Part shown: one piece after another, positions 18,043 to 26,709 of the stretch
How positions within the stretch are numbered: position 1 is the first letter of the stretch
How the letters are laid out: each line of letters opens with the position of its first letter
NCBI GenBank assembly: GCA_004356555.1
Contig: SMWY01000056.1
Location: 1 to 46,738 of the forward strand
Direction: 5' to 3'
Length of the DNA stretch: 46,738 bases
Origin: Candidatus Dadabacteria bacterium
GTDB taxonomy: Bacteria > Desulfobacterota_D > UBA1144 > Nemesobacterales > UBA2774
Translations under genes and position numbers: made by a program
Notes under the pieces: generated by a model
Told to the model about the DNA's origin: nothing
Database searches by the model: none
The model's input: only the letters and a program-made list of their open reading frames with translations

Positions 18043-19488
18043 TTGAAGAATGTAACAGTTGATGTGGCTGTAATAGGTGCCGGAACTGCCGGGATGGTCG
18101 CGTATCGTAAAGCGAAAGAGAGTGCCGAAAATGTAGTACTTATTGAAGGCGGACCGTACGGTACGACATGCGCCAGGGTAGGGTGCATGCCGAGCAAGCT
18201 TCTAATCTCTGCAGCAGAAGCGGCTCATGCTATTGAAGAGGCTCCGGGGTTTGGAGTATATACAAATGGTGAGCCTAGAGTCGATGGAGTAAAGGTGATG
18301 AAACGGGTTCGGGGTGAAAGGGACCGTTTTGTGAGTTTTGTCTTAGATTCAATTGAATCAATTCCACCTAAAAATAAAATAAGCGGCTATGCCAAATTCA
18401 TTGACGATCACACACTTCAAGTGGATGACCACACTACTATTGAAGCTAAATCAGTTGTTATTGCAACGGGATCGTCGCCGTCGGTTCTTCCTATGTTTGA
18501 AGAAGCAGGAGATCGGTTAATTGTGAACGATGATGTTTTTTACTGGGATGATTTGCCCGCGTCCATTGTAGTGTTCGGAGCGGGAATAGTAGGACTTGAG
18601 ATTGGACAGGCGCTCCACCGTCTTGGGGTAAGAACAAAGATTTTAAGCAAATTTGGATTACTTGGACCGCTCAATCATCCTGAAATAATAGAATATGCCA
18701 ATAAAGCATTTCGGGAAGAATTTTATATAGATACGGATGCCGATGTTCTTCAAATTAAAAAAGTTGGCGACCAGGTAGAGGTTAGGTTTAAGGATTTAGA
18801 CGGTGTCCTGCAAAACGAAAAATTTGATTATCTTCTAGCCGCAACGGGGAGGACTCCAAACGTGGGAAATCTAGGCTTGTATAACACGAGTTTGAAGCTT
18901 GATGAAAGAGGAGTTCCAGTCTTTGACCGGTTTACTCTTCAGTGCGGAAATAGTTCAATATTCATAGCGGGGGATGCTGATAACGACCTTCCGGTGTTGC
19001 ATGAGGCTGCCGACGAGGGACGAATTGCAGGAGAAAATGCGGCAAAATTCCCCGAAGTTCACGCCGGTCAAAGAACTGCACCGCTCACAGTGGTTTTTAC
19101 AGATCCTCAGATTGCACTTGTGGGCAATAGTCATAATCAGCTAGAAGTGACTCCTGATTGCTCTTTTGTAACGGGCAGGGTTTCGTTTGAGAACCAGGGT
19201 CGGAGCCGTGTAATGCTTAAAAATAAAGGCATTCTACATATCTATGCAGAATATGGTACAGGATTATTCTTAGGTGGGGAGATGTTCGGTCCCCGCGCCG
19301 AGCATATAGCTCATTTACTGGCATGGGCATATCAGAAAAGAATGTGCATACCAGAGATGCTGCAGATGCCATTCTACCACCCTGTGATAGAAGAAGGGCT
19401 AAGAACCGCACTCAGAGATGCGAATCAAAAACTTCACATGGGACCCGGATTAGACGAAAACAGCATGGAATGCGGCCCTGGTATATGA
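18043..19488 (+). CDS. FAD-dependent pyridine nucleotide-disulfide oxidoreductase, dihydrolipoyl-dehydrogenase-like
   Basis: GAGTAG dinucleotide fold, redox-active GTTCARVGCMPSK (CxxxxC), second Rossmann fold VFGAGIVGLE, C-terminal dimerisation region with FYHPVIEEG. TTG start with GGAGG RBS. Confidence 0.88.
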   Translation: MKNVTVDVAVIGAGTAGMVAYRKAKESAENVVLIEGGPYGTTCARVGCMPSKLLISAAEAAHAIEEAPGFGVYTNGEPRVDGVKVMKRVRGERDRFVSFVLDSIESIPPKNKISGYAKFIDDHTLQVDDHTTIEAKSVVIATGSSPSVLPMFEEAGDRLIVNDDVFYWDDLPASIVVFGAGIVGLEIGQALHRLGVRTKILSKFGLLGPLNHPEIIEYANKAFREEFYIDTDADVLQIKKVGDQVEVRFKDLDGVLQNEKFDYLLAATGRTPNVGNLGLYNTSLKLDERGVPVFDRFTLQCGNSSIFIAGDADNDLPVLHEAADEGRIAGENAAKFPEVHAGQRTAPLTVVFTDPQIALVGNSHNQLEVTPDCSFVTGRVSFENQGRSRVMLKNKGILHIYAEYGTGLFLGGEMFGPRAEHIAHLLAWAYQKRMCIPEMLQMPFYHPVIEEGLRTALRDANQKLHMGPGLDENSMECGPGI

Positions 19489-19554
19489 TTTGTTCTAGCA
19501 TGCAATAATCAATAAACTATCAATTTTTATCTTGTAATTTAGGAGGGCTAGGAT

Positions 19555-20316
19555 ATGAGATTAGAGGGCAAAACAGCATTAATTACAGGTGGGGGAGAGG
19601 GTATCGGAAAGGCTACTGCACTTCTTTTTTGTGAGGAAGGTGCAAAGGTTGGAATAATGGGAAGAACAGTGTCCAAATTAGATGGTGTTGTGAAAGAAGC
19701 TAAGGGTCCAGGGGATATTGCCGCATTTCAGGGAGACGTTTCTAGTGAACAGGATGTCAAAAGGGTTGTAAAAGATTTCTACGAAAAGTATGGAAAGATC
19801 GACATACTCTTTAACAATGCGGGTATTCTCGAAGGTGGCTCAGTGGTTACCACACCGGTAGAAGTTTGGGACAGGACTATGGATATAAACGTTAAGGGTG
19901 TCTTTCTCGTCAGCAAACATGTCGTGCCGATAATGGTGAAACAGGGCGGAGGGGCAATTATTAACAACTCTTCTGTGCTGGGAATGGTCGGTATGGAAAA
20001 CTGTGTTGCATACAATGCCTCTAAAGGGGCTGTGAGGCAAATAACTAGAAGTATGGCGCTAGATCACGCAAGTGATAATATAAGAGTAAATTCCGTATGC
20101 CCGGGATATATTAAAACTAAAATGGATCCTGAATTTATGGGGAACCCTCCTGATGCAGAAGAGCGGCTTGACAAGATCGCAGCGGATATGATTCCACTTG
20201 TAAGACGCGCAGAAGCTGTTGAGGTGGGGCATGCTGTATTATATCTGGCAAGTGATGAGGCAAGATATGTTACGGGGTCAGATTTGGTAATCGACGGCGG
20301 CTGGACAACAGTATAG
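19555..20316 (+). CDS. Short-chain dehydrogenase/reductase (SDR)
   Basis: TGGGEGIGKA, NNAG and YNASKGAV (YxxxK) motifs. RBS aggagg. Confidence 0.93.
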   Translation: MRLEGKTALITGGGEGIGKATALLFCEEGAKVGIMGRTVSKLDGVVKEAKGPGDIAAFQGDVSSEQDVKRVVKDFYEKYGKIDILFNNAGILEGGSVVTTPVEVWDRTMDINVKGVFLVSKHVVPIMVKQGGGAIINNSSVLGMVGMENCVAYNASKGAVRQITRSMALDHASDNIRVNSVCPGYIKTKMDPEFMGNPPDAEERLDKIAADMIPLVRRAEAVEVGHAVLYLASDEARYVTGSDLVIDGGWTTV

Positions 20317-20369
20317 TTCAATCTGAGCTAAAGTTAGATTTTAAATGCGATATTGAGTAAGGATAAAAT

Positions 20370-21404
20370 ATGGACCCTGTAAGCCAGGGATTAATTGGAG
20401 CAATTCTTCCCCAAAGCGTTTCCAACAAAAAAGAAATACGACTCGCAGCGGCAATAGGATTTTTATCAGGATTGCTTGCTGACATCGATGTCTTTATACG
20501 CTCCTCGACTGATCCGCTATTATTTTTAGACTACCACCGCCAATTCACTCATTCTCTAATCTTTATCCCAATAGGAGGGTTAGTGGCTGCGGGATTTTGT
20601 TGGCTATTCTTAAAAAAGCGCTTAAGTTTTTGGAAAATATATCTTTATGCTTTTTTGGGTTATGGAACACATTGTTTCCTAGATGCCTGCACTAATTACG
20701 GCACTCAGTTGCTTTGGCCGTTTTCAGACGCGAGGGTTGCGTGGAATGTAGTTTCTATTATCGATCCGATATTTACTTTTACATTGGTGTTTTTAGTAAT
20801 AATTGCCGTAGTTAGAAAGTCTCCTTTAATTGCTCGAATAGGACTATTGTTTGCAATAATTTATCTTCTTTTTGGACTCTACCAGAGAGAAAGGGCCCAA
20901 GAGGTTCTTCTCTCATTAGCGCAAAGTAGAGGTCACAAAGTAGAGAGAACACTAGTTCACCCTTCGATTGGAAATTTGCTGGTCTGGCGCTCAATTTATG
21001 AATCAAATGGCAATTATTATGTCGAAGCTGTCCGTGTAGGGTTATTTTCTGAACCTAAGATTTACAATGGTGGCTCAATAAAAGTGTTTGACCCTATCCA
21101 AGAACTGACTGGTTTAGATCCGAATTCGGTTTTGTATGGCGATATCAACCGTTTTAGGCGTTTTGCTACGGATTTTCTAGTTATTCACCCTCAATATCCC
21201 GATATTATCGGTGATTTGAGAATGGGGATATTGCCAAACAGTATTAAACCAATTTGGGGTATTAAATTTAACCCTGATGAGGAAAATGAGCACGTTTCGA
21301 TGGATAATTACGAGCGGTCTGTAAACGGCGAGAAGATACAAACATTTATATCCATGCTTTTGGGAAGAGATATAATGTCTAACAAAGTCCAGCAAAGAAA
21401 ATAA
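20370..21404 (+). CDS. Membrane-bound metal-dependent hydrolase, YdjM/DUF457-like, with an extra C-terminal domain
   Basis: MDPVSQGLIGA..., HRQFTHSL, GYGTHCFLDACTNYG and several TM segments in the first ~180 aa, followed by a soluble extension of about 160 aa. Confidence 0.68.
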   Translation: MDPVSQGLIGAILPQSVSNKKEIRLAAAIGFLSGLLADIDVFIRSSTDPLLFLDYHRQFTHSLIFIPIGGLVAAGFCWLFLKKRLSFWKIYLYAFLGYGTHCFLDACTNYGTQLLWPFSDARVAWNVVSIIDPIFTFTLVFLVIIAVVRKSPLIARIGLLFAIIYLLFGLYQRERAQEVLLSLAQSRGHKVERTLVHPSIGNLLVWRSIYESNGNYYVEAVRVGLFSEPKIYNGGSIKVFDPIQELTGLDPNSVLYGDINRFRRFATDFLVIHPQYPDIIGDLRMGILPNSIKPIWGIKFNPDEENEHVSMDNYERSVNGEKIQTFISMLLGRDIMSNKVQQRK

Positions 21405-21520
21405 CCAAATAGCTTGCAACTTTCTTGTAAATGTATTATCAAATAGTGTATATAATATATGATTGCTCTTGGATTCTTTGAATTTAATGAGATGGCAACC
21501 AAACAAAAAGGAGGATTGTA

Positions 21521-22267
21521 ATGGAATTAAATGAGAAACAACTAAAGATGTGTGCGGATAGCAAATGGGATTTTTCTGATCTCAAGGCATTAATCTTGAA
21601 CTGCACATTAAAGAAGTCGCCCGAGATGTCTCACACTGAAGGGCTTATAACCATATCCAAAACTATTATGGAGAAGAATGGAGTCTCAGTTGAGCTTCTT
21701 CGCCCGGTTGACTATGACATAGCTACTGGTGTTTATCCCGACATGACAGAGCACGGCTGGGACAAGGATGACTGGCCAGAGATTTATAAGAAAGTGGAAG
21801 CAGCTAATATCTTAATTTTAGGCTCGTCTATCTGGCTTGGAGAAAAAACCTCAGTCTGCACGCAAGTGGTTGAAAGGCTCTACGCAAACTCACACTTGCT
21901 TAATGATCAGGGTCAGTACGCTGACTACGGTAAGGTAGGAGGTTGTCTCATTACAGGCAACGAAGATGGAGCCAAGCACTGCTCTATGAATATTCTCTAT
22001 TCCCTGCAACACTTGGGATATGTCATTCCTCCCCAGGCCGATGCGGCGTGGTTAGGAGAAGCGGGACCAGGGCCTTCATATCTAGACCCGGGCTCAGGTG
22101 GTCCAGAGAATGATTTTACGAACCGTAATACTACTTTTATGACCTGGAATCTGATGCACATAGCCAGGATGCTCAAAGACTCAGGCGGAATCCCCGCTCA
22201 CGGCAATCAGCGCTCCGAATGGGATGCCGGATGCCGCTTTGACTATGAGAACCCGGAGCATAGGTAG
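21521..22267 (+). CDS. Flavodoxin-fold NAD(P)H-dependent FMN reductase-like oxidoreductase
   Basis: LILNCTLKKSPEMSHTEGL and ANILILGSSIWLGEKTSVCTQVVERL are typical of NADPH-dependent FMN reductase / flavodoxin_2-like proteins. Strong RBS aaaggagg. Confidence 0.7.
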   Translation: MELNEKQLKMCADSKWDFSDLKALILNCTLKKSPEMSHTEGLITISKTIMEKNGVSVELLRPVDYDIATGVYPDMTEHGWDKDDWPEIYKKVEAANILILGSSIWLGEKTSVCTQVVERLYANSHLLNDQGQYADYGKVGGCLITGNEDGAKHCSMNILYSLQHLGYVIPPQADAAWLGEAGPGPSYLDPGSGGPENDFTNRNTTFMTWNLMHIARMLKDSGGIPAHGNQRSEWDAGCRFDYENPEHR

Positions 22268-22316
22268 AGTTTCACACTCAGTGTAATTGTAATTAAATGG
22301 CCAAAGATAATATTAA

Positions 22317-22571
22317 ATGGATTGTTATAAATTTACTGTTAACGAAGATCAGCTTTCTAATTTGATGATCGGATACTGGACAAATTTTGCAAAAGAATTA
22401 AACCCGAGTCATTCAGAAAATAATTGGTCTCAATTTGAGCCTGATGCTCTTAATTTAATATTTGTTACCCCTCTTAGCGCCATTAGTGCTAAATCCGATC
22501 TGGGTGCTAATTGCGAGTTCTGGGACAGTGTAGGTTATGATCTTCGCGAATCCTGGCGGGGTCTTTTCTAG
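22317..22571 (+). pseudogene. C-terminal remnant of a type-B carboxylesterase/lipase gene
   Basis: The 84-aa ORF has LSNLMIGYWTNFAKELNPS...NWSQFEP...ANCEFWDSV. This mirrors the extreme C-terminus of COesterase proteins (YWxNFAxTGxPN ... CxFW). A stop (TAA 22314-22316) lies immediately upstream in frame. Only about 50 nt separate it from the preceding gene, so more than 400 codons are missing. Confidence 0.6.
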
Positions 22572-22688
22572 CGAATCATGACTCTATAGTGACTAGTATG
22601 TTCTCTTTATAAAAGAATTTGCGGCATGTTCATCTAACTAGTAAACTTCTGATCTCGACTTTAATTTATTTCTCGGACAATACTCTTA

Positions 22689-23966
22689 ATGACTCTAAGT
22701 CCTCCTAAAATTCTTCTGATAATTTTTTCTATTCTTATAGTAGTGGTCTCACAATCCGTTGCCCAGGACACTGAAGTTTCTTTTTCTTACAATAGAGATT
22801 TACGCTCAGATGAAGTCTACGATTCTAAAAACTACTTAACTGGTGACTGGGGTGGGATTAGAGGAAAACTTAATAATTTAGGTATCACTCCTATAGCAAA
22901 GTATTATACTACTATTTTGGGGAATCCCGTTGGCGGTAAGAAAAAAGGCGTTCAATATGCGGGTCTCTTAAATGCATATCTGAAATTCGATTTAGAGAAG
23001 CTCCTCAGTATTAAAAGAAGCAAATTCATAGTTTCCGGCTCCTGGGCGACCGGTAGGAGCTTGAGTGATGAAGATATAGGAAATTTCTTTACGGCATCCG
23101 AAGTATTCAGCGGCAGGTCGGTACGGCTATACCAGCTCTTCTTTGAATCGGAGCTCTTGGAGAATTTTCTGAGAGTAGCGGTCGGCAGAATGGGTATTGC
23201 TGATGAGTTCAGTACATCTGAGATCTTCTACAATTATGTTAGCACCGCTATAGATGCCCACCCGATAAGTCTTGCAATTAATGATGCGGCATATTTTAGC
23301 GATCCACAGGCGAGCTGGGCAGCTCGAATACATGTCACTCCTACTGAGAAATTTTATATAAAGGCAGGTGTGTATAACTCGAATCCGGCTGTTGGAAGAG
23401 ATAGCGCCCATGGAGTGGACTTTTCTTTTCGTAAAGGGGTAATAGTCATAAGTGAAATCGGTTACTTACATAATCAAAAACAGTTCTCAAAAGGTCTTCG
23501 GGGGAGATATACTTTCGGAGCTTTTTACGATACCAGAAAATTTGATGAACTAGCTAGTGAGTCTGAAAAGCAAGATGGGAACTACGGTTTATATTGGATT
23601 GTTGAGCAAATGATTTATCGTGAGATGACAGAGGATGATCAAGGTCTTACTCCTTGGGCAGCGCTTACTATATCCCCTGACGAGAGTATTAACACATTTC
23701 CTTTTTTTATTTCTGGCGGATTTATATACAAAGGTCTAGTTCCCAATAGAAATTATGATAAGGCAGCATTTGGCTTTGCATACGGAACAATAAGCGACGA
23801 TATAAAGGATAAAGATTACGAGTTAATGCTGGAGCTGACGTACATCATTCAGGCGACTCCATGGCTCCAAATTCAGCCTGATGTACAGTGGATTGTGCAT
23901 CCAGGCGGGAGCTCTGATATTCCTAACGCTCTGGTTCTAGGGATGCAGTTGGTAGTTGATATTTAA
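22689..23966 (+). CDS. Carbohydrate-selective porin, OprB family
   Basis: Signal peptide, then the OprB hallmark YLTGDWGGIRGKLNNLGITP. Barrel-like alternation through to the C-terminus. Confidence 0.88.
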   Translation: MTLSPPKILLIIFSILIVVVSQSVAQDTEVSFSYNRDLRSDEVYDSKNYLTGDWGGIRGKLNNLGITPIAKYYTTILGNPVGGKKKGVQYAGLLNAYLKFDLEKLLSIKRSKFIVSGSWATGRSLSDEDIGNFFTASEVFSGRSVRLYQLFFESELLENFLRVAVGRMGIADEFSTSEIFYNYVSTAIDAHPISLAINDAAYFSDPQASWAARIHVTPTEKFYIKAGVYNSNPAVGRDSAHGVDFSFRKGVIVISEIGYLHNQKQFSKGLRGRYTFGAFYDTRKFDELASESEKQDGNYGLYWIVEQMIYREMTEDDQGLTPWAALTISPDESINTFPFFISGGFIYKGLVPNRNYDKAAFGFAYGTISDDIKDKDYELMLELTYIIQATPWLQIQPDVQWIVHPGGSSDIPNALVLGMQLVVDI

Positions 23967-23994
23967 CATGGTAACAAATAATTCCTGATAGAAA

Positions 23995-24031
23995 ATATAG
24001 CGGAGAAAGCCGTTGGCCCTCCCCGCTATAT
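23995..24031. terminator. Candidate bidirectional terminator hairpin between convergent genes
   Basis: atatagcgg (23995-24003) pairs with ccgctatat (24023-24031), with additional internal GC pairing. Located between the oprB-like stop and the dienelactone hydrolase stop, with AT-rich flanks. Confidence 0.5.
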
Positions 24032-24044
24032 TAATATTTAGCTC

Positions 24045-24845
24045 TTAATTATTTTCTGGTTGGAAAATTCTGTTTAAAAATGCCTGGGTTTGCTCCCAGG
24101 ATTTCTTGTCAGCGTCTTCATTGTATACAAGAGGAAGATCAAATTTCTTACCATATTTGTCGGCATCTGGGTTTGTAAAACTGTGTTTAACCCCAGGATA
24201 TACGATGATTTCATAGTTAGCACCAGTGTCTTCCATAATTTTCTTAAAGGCGTCAAGCTGCTCTTTTGGTACAAACGGGTCGTCACCACCGTGGAAAACA
24301 ATTATGTCTGCTGTTGGTTTTGCATTTTCAGGGGCCTCTTGTGGAAGTAGTCCATGAAAGCTTGCCACTCCGTCCAGGTCTACGCCTCGAAGAGCCATGT
24401 TCAACACAACCGCTCCTCCAAAACAATACCCGATAGCGGCTATATATTCGGGATTCACTGTTGGCTGTTCTTTTAATAAATCTATACCTGCCTGAAACCT
24501 CTTCTCGGCAACGTCCAGATTGCCCAAAACACTTCCCGCAAGCTCTCCAGCCTTTTCAGGATGATCCGCATTCTGAGCATCTCCGTACATATCAACTGCT
24601 AATGCGGTATAACCTAGCTCAGCAAGTTTATTTGCTCTAGTTCTTGCATAATCGTTGTGTCCCCACCACTCGTGAACTACTAAAACACCGGGGCGTTTGC
24701 CTTTTACGCTGTCATCATAGGCTAAATATCCTTTCAGAGTTGTACCGTCGGATTTGTATTCTACATCTTTTCCCACGATTTTGGCTGATGCCGCTATAGT
24801 AAGGAAAGAAAAAACTACAATTAGAAATAAGCTCAAAATTTTCAT
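24045..24845 (-). CDS. Secreted dienelactone hydrolase family protein
   Basis: VVHEWWGHNDYARTRANKLAELGYTALAVDMYG, nucleophile motif IGYCFGG, late H in GVKHSF. Start placed at the second ATG (24845; gggggA RBS; signal peptide MKILSLFLIVVFSFLTIAASA). The track start is 24860. Confidence 0.9.
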   Translation of the reverse strand: MKILSLFLIVVFSFLTIAASAKIVGKDVEYKSDGTTLKGYLAYDDSVKGKRPGVLVVHEWWGHNDYARTRANKLAELGYTALAVDMYGDAQNADHPEKAGELAGSVLGNLDVAEKRFQAGIDLLKEQPTVNPEYIAAIGYCFGGAVVLNMALRGVDLDGVASFHGLLPQEAPENAKPTADIIVFHGGDDPFVPKEQLDAFKKIMEDTGANYEIIVYPGVKHSFTNPDADKYGKKFDLPLVYNEDADKKSWEQTQAFLNRIFQPENN

Positions 24846-24969
24846 ACTAATTTCCCCCATATGTGTTAGTTTTGATTATTCATAGATATATGATTGACTC
24901 GGTAAAGTCAAGAAATATCTCAGATTAACCTCAATAAGTTCAGATGGCAGAAATCGAGGAAAAGATTCA

Positions 24970-26496
24970 GTGACACGTAAACAGATACTTACTTTTATAG
25001 CCATGGGAATAGGAGTTAGTGTAATCACAGTCGATATTGCGGCTATTAATGTTGCTCTGCCTGCTGTAGAAAAGAGCTTTAAGACTACGGTTGGAACAAT
25101 AGAGTGGGTTATAAACGGTTATGCCTTATCATTTGGGGTTTTGATGGTTACATGCGGTAGGTTAGCTGACACCTTCGGACGTAGAAAAATATTCTTTATA
25201 GGATTATTAATATTCGCATTGGCGTCCCTTTTGGGTTCTTTGTCAAATAGCGCAAGTCTGCTAATAGTGGCAAGAGTGGTTCAGGGAGTGGGGGCTGCAA
25301 TGTTGTGGCCTTCGATAATAGGAATTATTTACTCCTCAGTGTCCGAAGAACAAAAGGGATTTGCTATGGGCCTAATTCTCGGCGCTGCAGGGGTGGGAAA
25401 TGCTGCAGGGCCATTAATCGGTGGATTTTTGACTGAATTTGCGTCCTGGCGCTGGGTACTATTCGTTAATGTGCCTCTATGTATTATTGCTGGAATTATC
25501 ACATATTTAGAAGTTGAGAAACAGGATGTGGAGCCCGGGGAAAAGAAAGTCGATTATCTTGGGATATTTACAATTTCATTTTCATTAGTATCCCTACTTT
25601 ATGCTTTGAATATGTTTCCTAATTGGGGCTTGTTATCTTATAAGACTATTTTACTCCTTGTTATGTTCTTAGTTGCCATGGCCCTTTTTATATCGATTGA
25701 GCGGCGGACTAAGGAAGCATTGATACCTAGCGATGTTATGTCAAACGTGCCGTTTATGATTTCGGCAACAACAATGTTTACCGTTATACCCGCTTTTTTC
25801 GCTTTGCTTTTATATTTACCTCAGTATGTGGAGAAATTTCTAGATTACTCACCATTAGGTGCTGGTGCCGCACTTGTTCCTATGCTCCTTAGTTTCGCAT
25901 TAGTAGCACCTATATCCGGTAAGATTTTTAATAGGATAGGTGCAAAAATATCTATCTTTATAGGAATGGTCTTAACATGTATTGGCACTGTAGCCATTAT
26001 TAAATTCGGTTTTGGCTCTAACTATTATGGTTTATTGCCTGGTCTGGTAATTGTTGGAATAGGGCTTGGTTTCACCGTGCCTTCTATTACTACTGCCGCA
26101 GTTGGAGCGGTAAAGGAGTCTAGGGCGAGTCTCGCGGGCGGGATAGTTTATATGTTTCAATTAGTTGGCGGAGCTTTGGGACTGGCTGTAGTAACTACAA
26201 TTTTTACCGATTTTGCCAAAAACGATCTGTTAATTAGGCTAAGCGGCGCAGGTATAAGCGTGTCTCAAACAGAACGATCGGAAATAATTAATTTTATATT
26301 GGGGAGCGGAAGTAAACAGGTGCTGTCTGATAGTTTAGGACAGGAAAAGTTTGTAGAGGTTTTCACACATATACACCATGCTTATATAACTGGAATTGAT
26401 GCCGGACTGGCGTTTGCAGCTTTGTTTGTTGCTGTAGGGGCTTTGTTAGCTTTATTTTTTGTTAAAGGAAAAGTTAGCCAAAATAACATCGATTAA
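24970..26496 (+). CDS. MFS transporter, DHA2 (EmrB/QacA-like, 14-TMS) drug:H+ antiporter family
   Basis: 508 aa with about 14 hydrophobic segments. MFS motif A GRLADTFGRRKIF and motif C-like GAAGVGNAAGPLIGG. GTG start with gagga upstream. Confidence 0.92.
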   Translation: MTRKQILTFIAMGIGVSVITVDIAAINVALPAVEKSFKTTVGTIEWVINGYALSFGVLMVTCGRLADTFGRRKIFFIGLLIFALASLLGSLSNSASLLIVARVVQGVGAAMLWPSIIGIIYSSVSEEQKGFAMGLILGAAGVGNAAGPLIGGFLTEFASWRWVLFVNVPLCIIAGIITYLEVEKQDVEPGEKKVDYLGIFTISFSLVSLLYALNMFPNWGLLSYKTILLLVMFLVAMALFISIERRTKEALIPSDVMSNVPFMISATTMFTVIPAFFALLLYLPQYVEKFLDYSPLGAGAALVPMLLSFALVAPISGKIFNRIGAKISIFIGMVLTCIGTVAIIKFGFGSNYYGLLPGLVIVGIGLGFTVPSITTAAVGAVKESRASLAGGIVYMFQLVGGALGLAVVTTIFTDFAKNDLLIRLSGAGISVSQTERSEIINFILGSGSKQVLSDSLGQEKFVEVFTHIHHAYITGIDAGLAFAALFVAVGALLALFFVKGKVSQNNID

Positions 26497-26709
26497 GTAC
26501 ATATATCTGTCAAGAAATTTCCCTCTACATATATTTATAACAATAAAGGTAAATCCTCAAGTTTTGCTTTAATATTGTTGCAAATACATAAAAAATTGAT
26601 TGTGGAACATCTTCTTGTGAGTTACCCTTATTCTGCAATTCATAATGATATATTTCTATAAGACTGAGGGCGGGCGGATATTTAACTAATTAGCTGTTAG
26701 GTATAACTT

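Noticed and set aside
21459-21521. 20-aa upstream ORF (MIALGFFEFNEMATKQKGGL) whose TAA overlaps the ATG of the flavodoxin-like gene (TAATG)
   Set aside because: It has no RBS. A TATAAT box at 21451-21456 would place the transcription start after its ATG. The overlap is probably coincidental.
26497-26540. Direct repeat TACATATAT occurring twice after the MFS gene. I also made a general look for CRISPR-like spaced repeats.
   Set aside because: There are only two short AT-rich copies. I saw no regular repeat-spacer architecture anywhere in the window.
26603-26618. Sigma54-like sequence TGGAAC-N6-TTGT upstream of the asmA-like gene
   Set aside because: The spacer is one nt too long, and both the -24 (GGAAC) and -12 (TTGT) elements deviate from consensus. 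This is too weak to call.
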